A stretch of DNA of 64,000 nt from Candidatus Binatia bacterium (GCA_038245295.1 JBBRSP010000001.1:96001-160000); one strand, 5' to 3'; counted from the stretch's first letter, positions 30,520 to 40,635 are shown. Program-made: numbers and translations. The notes: generated by a model from the sequence alone, not told the origin.

Positions 30520-31883
30520 GACGGCGAGTTGCGGCGCTTGTCTGTTTGTTGTCGTGGCTGCCCGCCGCCGCGCTTGCCCTGACCGCCGCGGAGGAGCAGC
30601 AGCTCGGCCGACAGTTCGAGCTGCGGTCGCGATCGACCTTGCCGCTGGTCGACGATGTCGAAGTCAACGCCTACATTACGCGCCTCGGCGAACGCATCGT
30701 CGCGACGCTGAAGGATCAGCCCTTCCGTTACCGATTCTTCGTCATCAATGACGCGCGTATCAACGCCTTCGCCGTGCCCGGCGGAGCCATCTATGTGAAT
30801 TCAGGATTGCTGATGACGGCGGCGTCGGATGATGAGGTTGCCGGTGTTCTGGCGCACGAAGTGGCGCACGTCCACAACCATCACCTTGGCCGCCAACAGG
30901 ACGCTACCAAGGCTCTGAATTACGCGACTCTCCTCGGTGTCCTCCTCACCGTCGTACAGCCGGCGGTCGGCGCCGGCGCCGCCGCGATCGGTGCGGCGAC
31001 GCAGCTGCAGTATCGTCGCGAGTTTGAACAAGAGGCCGACTTTGCCGGCGCGCGGTACACCCACGCGGCCGGCTTCGCCCCCGGCGCCATGCTGTCCTTC
31101 TTTCGCAAGATGATGGCGCAGCAGGGCCGCAGCGGGGCGGCGCAGACGCCGTACTTGTTGACCCATCCGTTGACCGAAGTCCGTCTCGATCACCTCGAGG
31201 CCACCCTGCGAGCCCAGAAGTGGGAAGGTATCGCGGCAACCCCGGGCGGGTTGAATCTGGCGAATGTGCAGGTCTTGGTGCGCTCGCGTGCCGAGCCGGC
31301 GCAAACAGTTGTCGCCGACTATCGTCGCCAGGCGGAGGCCCAGCCCAGCAACCCGACGGCTTCGTACTTGCTCGGCCGCGCGTACTTCGAAGCCGGCATG
31401 TTCGATAGTGCTCTGGCTTCGCTTGAGACGGCGCGTGCCGCGGGGTTGGGCGTCGCCGAGGCCGAGCGTGGTCGCACACTTCTGCGCCTGCGTCAGTTCG
31501 AAGCCGCGCGCACGGCGCTCAAGAACGCCGTCGAAGCCGAACCGGACGATGCGGTGGCGCACGCCGACCTCGCCAAGGTGCTCTCGATTCTCGGCGACGA
31601 TGCTGGCGCACGCCGCGAGTACGAGTCCGCGGTGAAGATCGCGCCGCGTTTCGAAGCGGCACACTACGAGTTGGGCCAGCTCGCCGGTCGCGCCGGCCAC
31701 GTCGCCGACGGTTACTATCATCTGGGTGTGGCTTTGCTGCTGCGGGGCGACCTGCGCAGCGCCGCCAACCAGTTCGACAAAACGCTACCTCTACTCGATG
31801 CCAACGATCCGCGTGTCGCCGAGGTGAAAGCGACACTCACCGACCTCGCGCCCCTGATCGACCGGCCGGTGCCGACGCCGTGA
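30516..31883 (+). CDS. M48 metalloprotease with TPR repeats (BepA-like)
   Basis: Signal peptide, INAFAVPGG, LAHEVAH, EQEAD, YLLTHP, C-terminal TPRs. Confidence 0.9.
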   Translation: MRRRVAALVCLLSWLPAAALALTAAEEQQLGRQFELRSRSTLPLVDDVEVNAYITRLGERIVATLKDQPFRYRFFVINDARINAFAVPGGAIYVNSGLLMTAASDDEVAGVLAHEVAHVHNHHLGRQQDATKALNYATLLGVLLTVVQPAVGAGAAAIGAATQLQYRREFEQEADFAGARYTHAAGFAPGAMLSFFRKMMAQQGRSGAAQTPYLLTHPLTEVRLDHLEATLRAQKWEGIAATPGGLNLANVQVLVRSRAEPAQTVVADYRRQAEAQPSNPTASYLLGRAYFEAGMFDSALASLETARAAGLGVAEAERGRTLLRLRQFEAARTALKNAVEAEPDDAVAHADLAKVLSILGDDAGARREYESAVKIAPRFEAAHYELGQLAGRAGHVADGYYHLGVALLLRGDLRSAANQFDKTLPLLDANDPRVAEVKATLTDLAPLIDRPVPTP

Positions 31884-32050
31884 ACACGCAGGTTTTCAGT
31901 TGCGTAGGGTGGCGCTGGCATCACCCCCGAACACGTCCGTGTAAGACACCTGCTTTCACCCGCCCTTGTTGACTGAGCGTTGCCACGCTGGCAACCAAAG
32001 TCTCTTGATCATGTGGCCGTGAGCTGGCGTGATCGCGAGGAGACAAAAAC

Positions 32051-33190
32051 ATGGGTGAAGCGTACATCATCGATGCGGTGCGGACACCGCGTGGCCGTCG
32101 TAAGGGCAGTCTGTCCGAAGTCCATCCGATGGACCTCTTCGGCGTGCCGCTCAAGGCGATCGTGGAACGGAACAAGATCGATCCGGCGCATGTCGACGAT
32201 GTCGTCGTCGGCTGTGTCACCGAGACCGGCGAGCAGGGCACCAACATCGCGCGCGGCGCCGTGCTGGCGGCTGGCTGGCCTGTCGAAGTCCCCGGTGTGA
32301 CGCTCAACCGCTTCTGCGGTTCGGGGCAACAAGCGGTCAACTTCGCGGCGCAGGCGGTGCGCTCGGGTGCGCAGGATCTCGTCGTCGCCGGCGGCGTGGA
32401 AAGCATGACACGCGTGCCAATGGGCGCCGACATGGGGCCGCTACCGATGAGCCTCATGGAGCGATTCAATCTGGTGCCGCAGGGTTTGTCGGCGGAGATG
32501 ATCGCCGAGAAGTGGAACTACACCCGCGAGCAGATCGACGAGTTCGCCCTGCATAGCCAGCAGAAAGCCTGGGCGGCGATCCAGGCCGGCTACTTCAAGA
32601 AGAGCATTCTCTCGATGAAGGTCATGCACAACGGCGAGTTGCGCGTGTTCGACACCGACGAACATGTGCGGCCGCAGTCGACCAAAGAAGGGCTGGCGGC
32701 GCTGACCGCATCATTCAAGCCAGGCGGCACCATCACGGCCGGCAACTCGAGCGGCATCGTCGACGGCGCAGCGACGGTCCTCTTGGCGTCCGAGAGCAAG
32801 GTCAAGGAGCTCAACCTCAAGCCGCGCGCCCGCATCGTCGATCAGGTGATCGTTGGCTCCGAGCCGGTGATCATGCTGACCGGCCCGATCCCGGCAACCC
32901 AGAAAATTCTCAAGCGTACGGGCCTCAAGATCGACGATATCGATCTGATCGAGATCAACGAGGCCTTCGCGCCGGTGCCACTGTGCACCATGCAAGAAAT
33001 CGGCATGGACCCGGAGAAGGTCAACGTGAACGGCGGCGCCATCGCTCTGGGGCACCCCCTCGGTGCCACCGGCGCGATGCTGATCGGCACCCTCGTCGAC
33101 GAGCTCGAACGCCGCAACAAACGCTACGGCCTGGCGACCATGTGTATCGGCATCGGCATGGGTATCGCCACCATCGTCGAGCGCCTCTAA
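32051..33190 (+). CDS. Acetyl-CoA C-acyltransferase (thiolase)
   Basis: [43 protein letters not shown]. Confidence 0.96.
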   Translation: MGEAYIIDAVRTPRGRRKGSLSEVHPMDLFGVPLKAIVERNKIDPAHVDDVVVGCVTETGEQGTNIARGAVLAAGWPVEVPGVTLNRFCGSGQQAVNFAAQAVRSGAQDLVVAGGVESMTRVPMGADMGPLPMSLMERFNLVPQGLSAEMIAEKWNYTREQIDEFALHSQQKAWAAIQAGYFKKSILSMKVMHNGELRVFDTDEHVRPQSTKEGLAALTASFKPGGTITAGNSSGIVDGAATVLLASESKVKELNLKPRARIVDQVIVGSEPVIMLTGPIPATQKILKRTGLKIDDIDLIEINEAFAPVPLCTMQEIGMDPEKVNVNGGAIALGHPLGATGAMLIGTLVDELERRNKRYGLATMCIGIGMGIATIVERL

Positions 33191-33212
33191 GCGGCTCTAG
33201 GATTCCACGAGC

Positions 33213-33280
33213 CGCAAGCTCAAGCTTGCGCCTACCAATGCGCGACATCGCGAGATGGTAGGCGCAGGCTTTAGCCTGCG
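33213..33280. repeat. GTAG-type REP doublet between convergent genes
   Basis: CGCAAGCTCAAGCTTGCGCCTACC (33213-33236) and GGTAGGCGCAGGCTTTAGCCTGCG (33257-33280). Confidence 0.8.
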
Positions 33281-33336
33281 CTCGGCGCCATGGACGGTAG
33301 CGCTTCATCCGAGCGCAGCGCGCCGTGTCGTCCGGG

Positions 33337-34119
33337 CTAGTCGTTCAACGCCCAGTCGTAATCGAGAAACTCGATCTCCACGCCGGACGCCGCGGCGCGT
33401 GGATCCTCCAAATAGCCTGCGACGAAAGCCGGCAACGAACCTGCCGCCGCTTCGAAGTCACCGCGAAACCATTTGAAAATCGACGACAGGTAGAGCCGAT
33501 GCTGCGCCGCATCGAAACGATTCTTGGCCGTATCGCGCAAGAAGGTGCGACCTTGATCGTCGAGTTGTCGATCGAGATTGTCGGCCCGGTAGGCTTCGCT
33601 GCGTAGCGGCGGACAACTGCGTGCCGCGCACACCAGCGCAAAGTGGATGCGCGGTTCCTGGAAGTCGCGGCGCAATGTCGCGTGTTCGATGTCGTCGAGC
33701 GAGATGCTGCCGCCCTTCAAATTGGGCATCGGAATGAACGAGTTGCGAAATGCCGCTCCCGGCAACCAGCCGATCTTGCGCACCGACGTGATCGGATAGT
33801 GGTCGAGGATCTGCCGCACGCTGAAGGCGTTGTACACATTGAGCCAGAAGGCAATGCGCTCGGGAGTGCTCCAGGTCTCATAGTCCTTGGCGCAGGTGCC
33901 CGACAACGTGCTGAGATAGGCATCGAGCGCGGCGTTGCCGTCGCTCTTGAGGCCGGCGTAGTCGACCCGCCCCTTATGCACCCAGCGCGCAACGATCGAT
34001 GTCCAAGCAGCATGTGTGTGGTCAACGGTCGCGCAGGCGGCATGCGCGGCACTGGTGCCAGACAGGATGGCGAAAAAGACGAGCACTACAGCGTGCGGCG
34101 AACGATGGTGACGGCTCAT
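33337..34119 (-). CDS. DUF547 domain secreted protein
   Basis: Signal peptide, GRVDY, AFWLNVYNA, EPRIHFALVCAARSCPPL, LSSIFKWF, YDWALN. Confidence 0.9.
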   Translation of the reverse strand: MSRHHRSPHAVVLVFFAILSGTSAAHAACATVDHTHAAWTSIVARWVHKGRVDYAGLKSDGNAALDAYLSTLSGTCAKDYETWSTPERIAFWLNVYNAFSVRQILDHYPITSVRKIGWLPGAAFRNSFIPMPNLKGGSISLDDIEHATLRRDFQEPRIHFALVCAARSCPPLRSEAYRADNLDRQLDDQGRTFLRDTAKNRFDAAQHRLYLSSIFKWFRGDFEAAAGSLPAFVAGYLEDPRAAASGVEIEFLDYDWALND

Positions 34120-34204
34120 GGTGCGAACATCTCTAGCGTCAACGCATTGTGAACTGAAATCGCCTCGGGGCAGTCGGGGGCGGGCCATGGCGGGTTGCGG
34201 GAAG

Positions 34205-34831
34205 TTAGGAAGGGCCGTGGTCGTGGCCACCGAAGGTGGTGACACCGGCGTAGATGCGCGCAGCGGCGGTGATCCAACACATCACTGCATAGATCACGGC
34301 GATGGTGCCGAACCATTTCGGGAACAGGCACATGAGAACGAAGGCGCCGATGGTCTCGCTGCCTTCGGTGAGACCGCCAAGATAGTAGAGGGACTTCTGC
34401 CCACGGATCTCGGTCGTGATGTTGTGCTTGGCGGCGAAGATGGCGTAGGCGAGGAAGGTGGAAGCCGGCCCCATGAAGCTCGTCGTCAGGATCGCCGCCG
34501 GTAAGGCGTTGGCCGGTGGGTCCGCTAGAGCAAATGCCAGCACGACGGTGGCGTAAAAGATGAAGTCGAGGGTGATGTCGAGAAAGCCCCCAACGTCGGA
34601 CGGATGTGTCTCGCGCGCGATGGCGCCGTCGAGGCCGTCGCACAGCCGACTCAGCAAGAGCACGACGAGGCCCGCCGAATAGGAGCGCGTAGCGATGAGA
34701 CCGGCTGATCCCATCCCGAGAGCGAAACCGCTGACGGTCACCTGGTTGGCGGTGATACCGAGCTTGACGACGCGGCGGGCGAGCATCGCCAGCGGTGGAT
34801 TCAGATACGGACGAAGGGCGGCGTCGAACAT
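34205..34831 (-). CDS. CDP-alcohol phosphatidyltransferase family protein (YnjF-like)
   Basis: DGLDGAIAR...GGFLDITLD, KSLYYLGGLTEGSET. Confidence 0.9.
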   Translation of the reverse strand: MFDAALRPYLNPPLAMLARRVVKLGITANQVTVSGFALGMGSAGLIATRSYSAGLVVLLLSRLCDGLDGAIARETHPSDVGGFLDITLDFIFYATVVLAFALADPPANALPAAILTTSFMGPASTFLAYAIFAAKHNITTEIRGQKSLYYLGGLTEGSETIGAFVLMCLFPKWFGTIAVIYAVMCWITAAARIYAGVTTFGGHDHGPS

Positions 34832-34929
34832 AGGGTCTACCTATGCTGGGCCACCCGCTGCGGTCAATTGGCCGAGCGGCGCGTTTCGGATTGCTCACAT
34901 TCGCGACGATACGATATGCGCACGACACC

Positions 34930-35373
34930 ATGTCTTCCCTGCTGACGTTGTGCGGTGGCTTCCTGATGGCCGTCCTGTGGTTCGATCTCATGTTCGATGT
35001 GCAGGTGCTGCGCATGTCACGCGTCGAACCATCCGAAGAGATCCTCGCGTCGATCGCCGCCTACTATGCGCGCGTCACCGGATCACCGATGGGCCGCCTG
35101 GTTGGTGTGGTCATGTTGATCGCCTTGAGTGGCACGCTGTATCAGCTCATCAGCGGAGCAATTCCACGAGGAATTGCGGCGTTGGCTCTGGCGACCACCG
35201 CCGCCCCAGTGTTGTTGGCGGCGCTGCGAGTGCTGCCGAATGCGGTGCGCCTTGGGACGCGTGCCGATCCGATCGACGGTCAAGCCTGCCTGGCACACTC
35301 GATCTATCGCGAGCATCTCGCTTGCCTGGTGTCGATCCTGACCTTCAGCGCTCTCGAGTTGCTAGGTGGCTGA
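34930..35373 (+). CDS. Hypothetical membrane protein
   Basis: GFLMAVLWFDLMFDVQV, about four TM helices. Confidence 0.65.
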   Translation: MSSLLTLCGGFLMAVLWFDLMFDVQVLRMSRVEPSEEILASIAAYYARVTGSPMGRLVGVVMLIALSGTLYQLISGAIPRGIAALALATTAAPVLLAALRVLPNAVRLGTRADPIDGQACLAHSIYREHLACLVSILTFSALELLGG

Positions 35374-35579
35374 TCAGATCCCGATGTCCTCAAACGAGAA
35401 GCCCAGAAATTCCTTGACTGGATGGCCGACAGTCGGTTGAGTTGGCCGTCATGTTGAAGGCACGCGCTGCAACTCCCGACGCCTTCATCGGCCGCGACAA
35501 GGAGATGGCTGTTCTCGATGGAGCCCACGTTGTGTCCAAGGGTGGTTGCGCCTTGATCATGGCGGTGCGGCCGGATTGC

Positions 35580-35888
35580 TCAGTGCGGGTCATATTTCTG
35601 CCCGCGCACGACGACAACGTCTGTTACCCAAGCCGCAACCGCGTAGTTGGGAAAATATTGGGCGGCCAATACTTCAAGGATCTGTTCCGCGAGCGTTGGG
35701 CTGACGAGGACTTCGATCTTCTGGTTGTCGCCGGGTACCTCGCCGACTCGTCGGCCGCGCGAGCCTTCCCCGCGTGCCTCGGTAACCGTATGGCCCGTGA
35801 CGCCGAGACGCTTGAGCGTGGCGAGGAGTTGTTCAGTCAGTACAGCCTCCGTGACAATCGTAACCAGACGGATTGACTCTGTGTGCAT
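35580..35888 (-). CDS. sbtB: P-II-like regulator SbtB
   Basis: LVTIVTEAVL, GVTGHTV..ARGEGSRG, N.KIEVLVS, VVRGQKY; directly downstream of sbtA. Confidence 0.85.
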   Translation of the reverse strand: MHTESIRLVTIVTEAVLTEQLLATLKRLGVTGHTVTEARGEGSRGRRVGEVPGDNQKIEVLVSPTLAEQILEVLAAQYFPNYAVAAWVTDVVVVRGQKYDPH

Positions 35889-35899
35889 GCGTATTCCCT

Positions 35900-36868
35900 T
35901 CAGCTTCCGTGAAGCAATTGGGCGATTCGGTAATAGATCGGAATTCCGAGCGTCACATTGAACGGAAATGTGATCGCCAGGGAGGCGGTCAAATAGTAGG
36001 TCGGGTTGGCAGTCGGTAGGCTCATTCGTGCAGCCGGCGGCGCAGCGATGTACGACGCACTCGCTGCCATGGCTGCCAACATGGTGCTGCCGCCAATGGA
36101 GAGCCCAGACAGGCTGGCGAGGGTGGCACCAAGGGCTCCGTGTGCGATTGGCATGACGACGCCGAACGCGAGTAGAAACGCACCGACCTTGCGCAGGTCC
36201 CCCAGGCGTTCGGCAGCAACGATGCCCATCTCAAGAAGGAAGAGGGTAAGTGCCCCTTTGAAGCCGCTCTCGAAGAACGGTTGGACCGCATGCCAACCGT
36301 CTTCTCCCATCAGGTACCCGACCACCAGGCCCCCTACCAGAAGGACCATGGTTCGCCCGGTTAGGATCTCGTGGAGGGTGTCGCTGACCGGGCGCTCACC
36401 GCTCACTTTGAGCGCGCCAATAGCGAGCGCGATGTGGATGCCCGGGCTCTCCATCAACGTGAGCAAGGTCGGCATGAATCCTTCCGGTGCCTCGCCCATG
36501 GATGTAACGAAGGTCTGTGCCGCGATGAAGGTCACTGCCGACACGGATCCGTAGTGCGCTGCGATGGCGGCGGAGTCTGCGTCATCAAAACGCCCAAGGT
36601 ACCGCAGCACCAGGTACGACGTAATCGGCGTGATGCATCCGAGGACTATTGTAGCGATCCCCGGTCCGATGATCGTCGAATAGGACGCGTGACTCAGCTC
36701 AACTCCGCCCTTCAGGCCAAGGGCAAACAGCAAATAGATAGAGAGCGAGGTGTAGAGGTCTTTCGGCAGCCGAAGCTCGCTGCGCATCAGTCGCGCTGCA
36801 ATCCCGAGCGCGAACGCCAGCACAATCGGCGAGAGCAGGTTGGTTTTTAGAATCGCGAGTAGTGTCAT
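35900..36868 (-). CDS. sbtA: Sodium-dependent bicarbonate transporter family permease
   Basis: SIYLLFALGLKGGVEL, AAHYGSVSAVTF, FLLEMG, ASASYIAAP, ITFPFN. Confidence 0.93.
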   Translation of the reverse strand: MTLLAILKTNLLSPIVLAFALGIAARLMRSELRLPKDLYTSLSIYLLFALGLKGGVELSHASYSTIIGPGIATIVLGCITPITSYLVLRYLGRFDDADSAAIAAHYGSVSAVTFIAAQTFVTSMGEAPEGFMPTLLTLMESPGIHIALAIGALKVSGERPVSDTLHEILTGRTMVLLVGGLVVGYLMGEDGWHAVQPFFESGFKGALTLFLLEMGIVAAERLGDLRKVGAFLLAFGVVMPIAHGALGATLASLSGLSIGGSTMLAAMAASASYIAAPPAARMSLPTANPTYYLTASLAITFPFNVTLGIPIYYRIAQLLHGS

Positions 36869-37518
36869 GGCTTTTGTCCTGCCGCATCGACGATTTGGAC
36901 CATTCCGGTGTCTAGGTCGTACACGGCGCCCACAACCAGCAAGGTCCCGTCGCGCACCATCGGCCCCAGGACCGGTTCGGATATTCGCAGTTGGCGGGCG
37001 ACGGCCTGTGCCTGGTCGCGGACGGCGTTATCGAGCGCGTTGCCGGGTGCGGCCGAGGATTGGGCAATGGCTGGCTTGATGGCATCCACAATGCGACCGA
37101 TGTGCCCCGGCACGGTTCCGCCCGTAAGGGCGGCGTCGACGGCTCCGCAGCGTTCATGGCCGAGAACTACAATCAGTCGTGCCCCCAATTTGGCGACGGC
37201 AAACTCGATGCTGCCGAGGGCCTGATCGTCGACGACTTCTCCGGCAACTCGCACGACGAAGAGGTCTCCGAGTCCCTGATCGAAGATGACCTCTGGTGGA
37301 ACTCGGGAGTCGGCGCAGCCGACAATGATTGCGAAGGGCTTCTGTCCCGTCGCCACGTCACCGCGATGCGCCGAGCCTTGGTTCGGGTGCGTCGGTTGCG
37401 AAGCGGCGAAGCGGCGATTCCCTTCGAGCAGCTGACTCAATGAAGCGGGCTCTGCCTGGGCTGCAGCCCAACCAAAGAGCAGAGCTGATCCGGTGATGAA
37501 CATCATCAATCTTGTCAT
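36865..37518 (-). CDS. Beta-class carbonic anhydrase with signal peptide
   Basis: GCADSRVPPE and GHERCGAV zinc ligands; N-terminal signal ending AQA; ATGA overlap with sbtA. Confidence 0.93.
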   Translation of the reverse strand: MTRLMMFITGSALLFGWAAAQAEPASLSQLLEGNRRFAASQPTHPNQGSAHRGDVATGQKPFAIIVGCADSRVPPEVIFDQGLGDLFVVRVAGEVVDDQALGSIEFAVAKLGARLIVVLGHERCGAVDAALTGGTVPGHIGRIVDAIKPAIAQSSAAPGNALDNAVRDQAQAVARQLRISEPVLGPMVRDGTLLVVGAVYDLDTGMVQIVDAAGQKP

Positions 37519-37592
37519 TGGCGCTTTCCTCCTGCGTTAGTGTTGGAACCCCAGTGGGACGCTTGATCCCGGTGTCTTTGGCGGTCGAGGTC

Positions 37593-37615
37593 GCGATCCA
37601 GCGCCGCTGGATCGC
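37593..37615. repeat. Perfect palindrome just downstream of fabI
   Basis: GCGATCCAGCG-C-CGCTGGATCGC. Confidence 0.6.
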
Positions 37616-37622
37616 CAATTTG

Positions 37623-38396
37623 TCAGGCCACAATGTGCCGGCCTCCGTCGACAAAGATGGTGTCTCCCGTCATGGCTCGGGCCGCGTCGCTGACGAGGAA
37701 GGCTGCGGCATGACCGACGTCCTCGATCGTTACCAGTTTGCGTTGCGGCGTCCGTGCTTCCGCGTCGGCGATCAACCGGTCGAAGTTGTCGATCCCACCA
37801 GCGGCGCGGGTTTTCAGGGGACCAGCCGAAACAGCGTGCACCCGAATTCCTTTCGCCCCGAGCTCGCATGCCAATGATCGCACGGTGCTTTGCAGCGCCG
37901 CTTTGACCGGCCCCATGATGTTGTAGTGCTCAACCACCTTATCAGCGCCGTAGAAGCTCATCGTCAGGAGAGTCCCCTCGGTCATCAACGGCTCGGCTAA
38001 TCGCGCCATCTCTAACAGTGAGTAACAGGAGACATGCATGGCCCGCTGAAAACCCGCGAGAGAACAATCAATGACGCGCCCATGGAGGTCGCCCATCGGG
38101 GCAAAGGCGATTGAGTGGACGATGAAATCCAACGTGCCCCATTGCTGCTCTAGTGTGCGGAATACCTGCGCCAATTGGCCCGGCACCTCGACGTCGAGAG
38201 GCAGGATGATCGACGCGTCGAGTTCCTCGGCCAATGGCCGCACGTGTGGCTCCGCCTTGGCGTTCAAGTACGTGATGGCCAGATCTGCCCCCGCTTGTCG
38301 CATGACGGTCGCGCAGCCGTAAGCAATACTGTCGGTATTGGCGATACCGACGATGAGCCCCCGCTTGTTCCTCAAATCCAACACTGAACGTTGCAT
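37623..38396 (-). CDS. fabI: Enoyl-ACP reductase (NADH)
   Basis: GIANTDSIAYG, LDFIVHSIAFAP, YNIMGPVKAAL, SAGPLKTRAAGGI. Confidence 0.93.
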   Translation of the reverse strand: MQRSVLDLRNKRGLIVGIANTDSIAYGCATVMRQAGADLAITYLNAKAEPHVRPLAEELDASIILPLDVEVPGQLAQVFRTLEQQWGTLDFIVHSIAFAPMGDLHGRVIDCSLAGFQRAMHVSCYSLLEMARLAEPLMTEGTLLTMSFYGADKVVEHYNIMGPVKAALQSTVRSLACELGAKGIRVHAVSAGPLKTRAAGGIDNFDRLIADAEARTPQRKLVTIEDVGHAAAFLVSDAARAMTGDTIFVDGGRHIVA

Positions 38397-38510
38397 TGGT
38401 CGTCCCTGACTCCTTCCCGCCGACGGGTCTGGCGATTCGTCGCCGGCCGCGTTAAACTACGACAATTAATATGCGAAGTCAATATCGTATGTTAGGAGTC
38501 GTGAATTATA

Positions 38511-38855
38511 ATGCGTAAGAAAACTGTTCGTGTATCGTCCAGGGCTGAGCCGCAGGCTCAGGAGACACGTGCTGCCTGGACATTCCTGACGAACCACGCC
38601 CACGTGCTGCTGTGCATCGCCAACGATCCCGCTGTGCGGATGCGCGACGTGGCGCAGTTGGTTGGAGTGACCGAGCGCGCTGTCCAGCGTATCGTTAGCG
38701 ACTTGGAAGAGGCGGGGTACCTGACCCGCGAGCGCGACGGCCGTCAGAACCGTTACGAAATCTGCTCAACGCTACCGTTACGACATCCGATCGAGCGCGA
38801 TTGCGAGGTGTCGGCGCTCATCAAAATGGTACTAGGATCCGCCTGGCGAAGCTGA
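38511..38855 (+). CDS. Winged helix-turn-helix transcriptional regulator (WTFLTNH family)
   Basis: WTFLTNHAHVLLCI, RDVAQLVGVTERAVQRIV.DLEEAGY, PLRHPIE. Confidence 0.85.
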   Translation: MRKKTVRVSSRAEPQAQETRAAWTFLTNHAHVLLCIANDPAVRMRDVAQLVGVTERAVQRIVSDLEEAGYLTRERDGRQNRYEICSTLPLRHPIERDCEVSALIKMVLGSAWRS

Positions 38856-38921
38856 TCTGTTTCCTTCCCCTCTCGGCCGGACGCCAACCGAGGGCGTTGG
38901 ACGGATGCGCTCGCAAGAGCG

Positions 38922-39821
38922 TCAAGTGAATAGCTTGTCGCGCGCGGCGGCGGAAATGGCAATCAATGCCGGATTCTTCAGGCGGCGCTCGACGCTGATC
39001 GCGTAGAAGCGCTCTTTAACCGCGTCGGCCCGGCCCACGACCTCGACTCCGTATTGGCGGCGGATCTCCGCTTCGATGACGGTTGGTGCCGCGAAAATCC
39101 CAACACCAGCCTGCCCGAATACTTTGAGAAGGGCCGTGTCCTCAAACTCACTCACAACCTGGGGGCGGATGGTCTGTGACTCGAACCAACGGTCCAGCGA
39201 TCGTCGCAACGCTGTGTTTTCCGTCGGCAAGAGGAGCGGGGCATTGTCGAGCGATCGCGGAAAGGCTCGCCGGTGTTTTGTCGCCAGGCGCGGCACTGCG
39301 AAGAACGTGACGCCACTTTCGCCGAGCAGGTGATTGTAGGCGCGCACCTTCACCGTAGCACCAACCGGTGCGTCGCTGATTACGAGATCGAGTGCCTGCA
39401 CGGACAGCTGCGCGAGGAGTCGCTCGGAGTGGTCTTCCCTGCAAACGAGGTGCACCTTCTCCGGAAGATGCAGCGCGGGCTCTAGAAGCCGATAGGCAAC
39501 CAACTTGGGGACTACGTCCGCGACGCCGACCAGCAGTCTTACGGGGCGCCCGGTAGACCGGCCGCGCACCACGTCCATCAGTTCGCGTCCGAGTGAGAAG
39601 ATCTCATCCGCATAACGGTACACTTCGCGACCAACGTCGGTGAGCACCATGCGCCGTCCGCTGCGCTGGAAGAGTTTCTCCTCCAGACTCTCCTCGAGGG
39701 CGCGCAACTGGGTGCTGATGGTCGGTTGTGCCAGACGTAACTCGGCCGCTGCGGCCGACACGCTACCCTGGCGGACGATCGTCCAGAAATACAAAAGGTG
39801 ATGGTAGTTGAGCCACTCCAT
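38922..39821 (-). CDS. nhaR: LysR-family transcriptional activator NhaR
   Basis: MEWLNYHHLLYFW, YADEIFSLGREL, GVADVVPK, EFEDTALLKVFGQAG, FYAISVERRLKNP. Confidence 0.92.
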   Translation of the reverse strand: MEWLNYHHLLYFWTIVRQGSVSAAAAELRLAQPTISTQLRALEESLEEKLFQRSGRRMVLTDVGREVYRYADEIFSLGRELMDVVRGRSTGRPVRLLVGVADVVPKLVAYRLLEPALHLPEKVHLVCREDHSERLLAQLSVQALDLVISDAPVGATVKVRAYNHLLGESGVTFFAVPRLATKHRRAFPRSLDNAPLLLPTENTALRRSLDRWFESQTIRPQVVSEFEDTALLKVFGQAGVGIFAAPTVIEAEIRRQYGVEVVGRADAVKERFYAISVERRLKNPALIAISAAARDKLFT

Positions 39822-39827
39822 AGACCG

Positions 39828-39843
39828 AACCTATCTATAGGTT
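39828..39843. promoter_or_regulatory. Palindrome in the nhaR/hpf divergent promoter (candidate NhaR site)
   Basis: AACCTAT-CT-ATAGGTT. Confidence 0.45.
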
Positions 39844-39944
39844 TTTCCACGTAATGGCGACTGAATTATCTATTTGTCGATGACCCCCGCGCGCCGTATT
39901 CAATCCCCGACATGGATGACGCAACTCAACAGAAGGAGGATGTC

Positions 39945-40289
39945 ATGAAGATCGAAGTCCGGGGGCGGGAAGTCTTGGTAACGGATGGCCTACGTGAACA
40001 CGTCGAACGACGCGTACGTTTCGCGTTCGCCCGGTTTGCGCCGCGTGTGCGTAGCGCGACGGTGCGCCTTGGTGACGCCAATGGCCCGCGAGGGGGTGCC
40101 GACAAGACGTGTCGAATCCCTGTCAAGCTGCCACCGTTCCAACCGATCGTGATCGAAGATGCCTACAACAATCTGCACGTGGCGATCGACCGCGCCGCGG
40201 CGCGGGCCGGCCGAGCGTCGGGGCGCGAGCTGTCTCGTCGCGGCGGACGGCTCTCGGCCGCCGCCGACAGCAACGGGGGGCTGCGATGA
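39945..40289 (+). CDS. HPF/RaiA-family ribosome-associated protein
   Basis: AAGGAGG RBS; LREHVERRVRFAF, DANGPRGGADKTCRI, VAIDRAA. Confidence 0.85.
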   Translation: MKIEVRGREVLVTDGLREHVERRVRFAFARFAPRVRSATVRLGDANGPRGGADKTCRIPVKLPPFQPIVIEDAYNNLHVAIDRAAARAGRASGRELSRRGGRLSAAADSNGGLR

Positions 40290-40594
40290 CTACCCCGGCA
40301 GTGGTGGGAAATACGGGTATGGATTGCGAGCAGCCCTTGCTGCCCGCGGTAGTCGGCGCTGGCGATTCCGGCATGAGTTCGTCGACGCTGGTGTGCCCGC
40401 GCTGTGAGAGGCCGGCCCTGTGCGAGCGCCAGCTGGCTGGTGTGATCATCGATCTGTGCGGCGACTGCGGGGGAATCTGGTTGGACCAAGGCGAACTGGA
40501 ACGATTGTTGGTCCGCTTGCGAGGCGGCCCGACTGTGGGTCGCATGCGCGTCCCGTCAGCTGCCATCCCTTGGCGCAGAAACCTCGCCGATTGA
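40286..40594 (+). CDS. zf-TFIIB-type zinc-finger protein
   Basis: CPRC...IDLCGDCGGIWLDQGELE; ATGA overlap; start uncertain. Confidence 0.75.
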   Translation: MTTPAVVGNTGMDCEQPLLPAVVGAGDSGMSSSTLVCPRCERPALCERQLAGVIIDLCGDCGGIWLDQGELERLLVRLRGGPTVGRMRVPSAAIPWRRNLAD

Positions 40595-40635
40595 CCGACG
40601 AGCAGGAGTCAGGACGGGCGAAGAGGGAATTGAGT

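Noticed and set aside
35390..35617. 75-aa minus-strand ORF downstream of sbtB
   Set aside because: No recognisable motif or RBS, and it overlaps sbtB.
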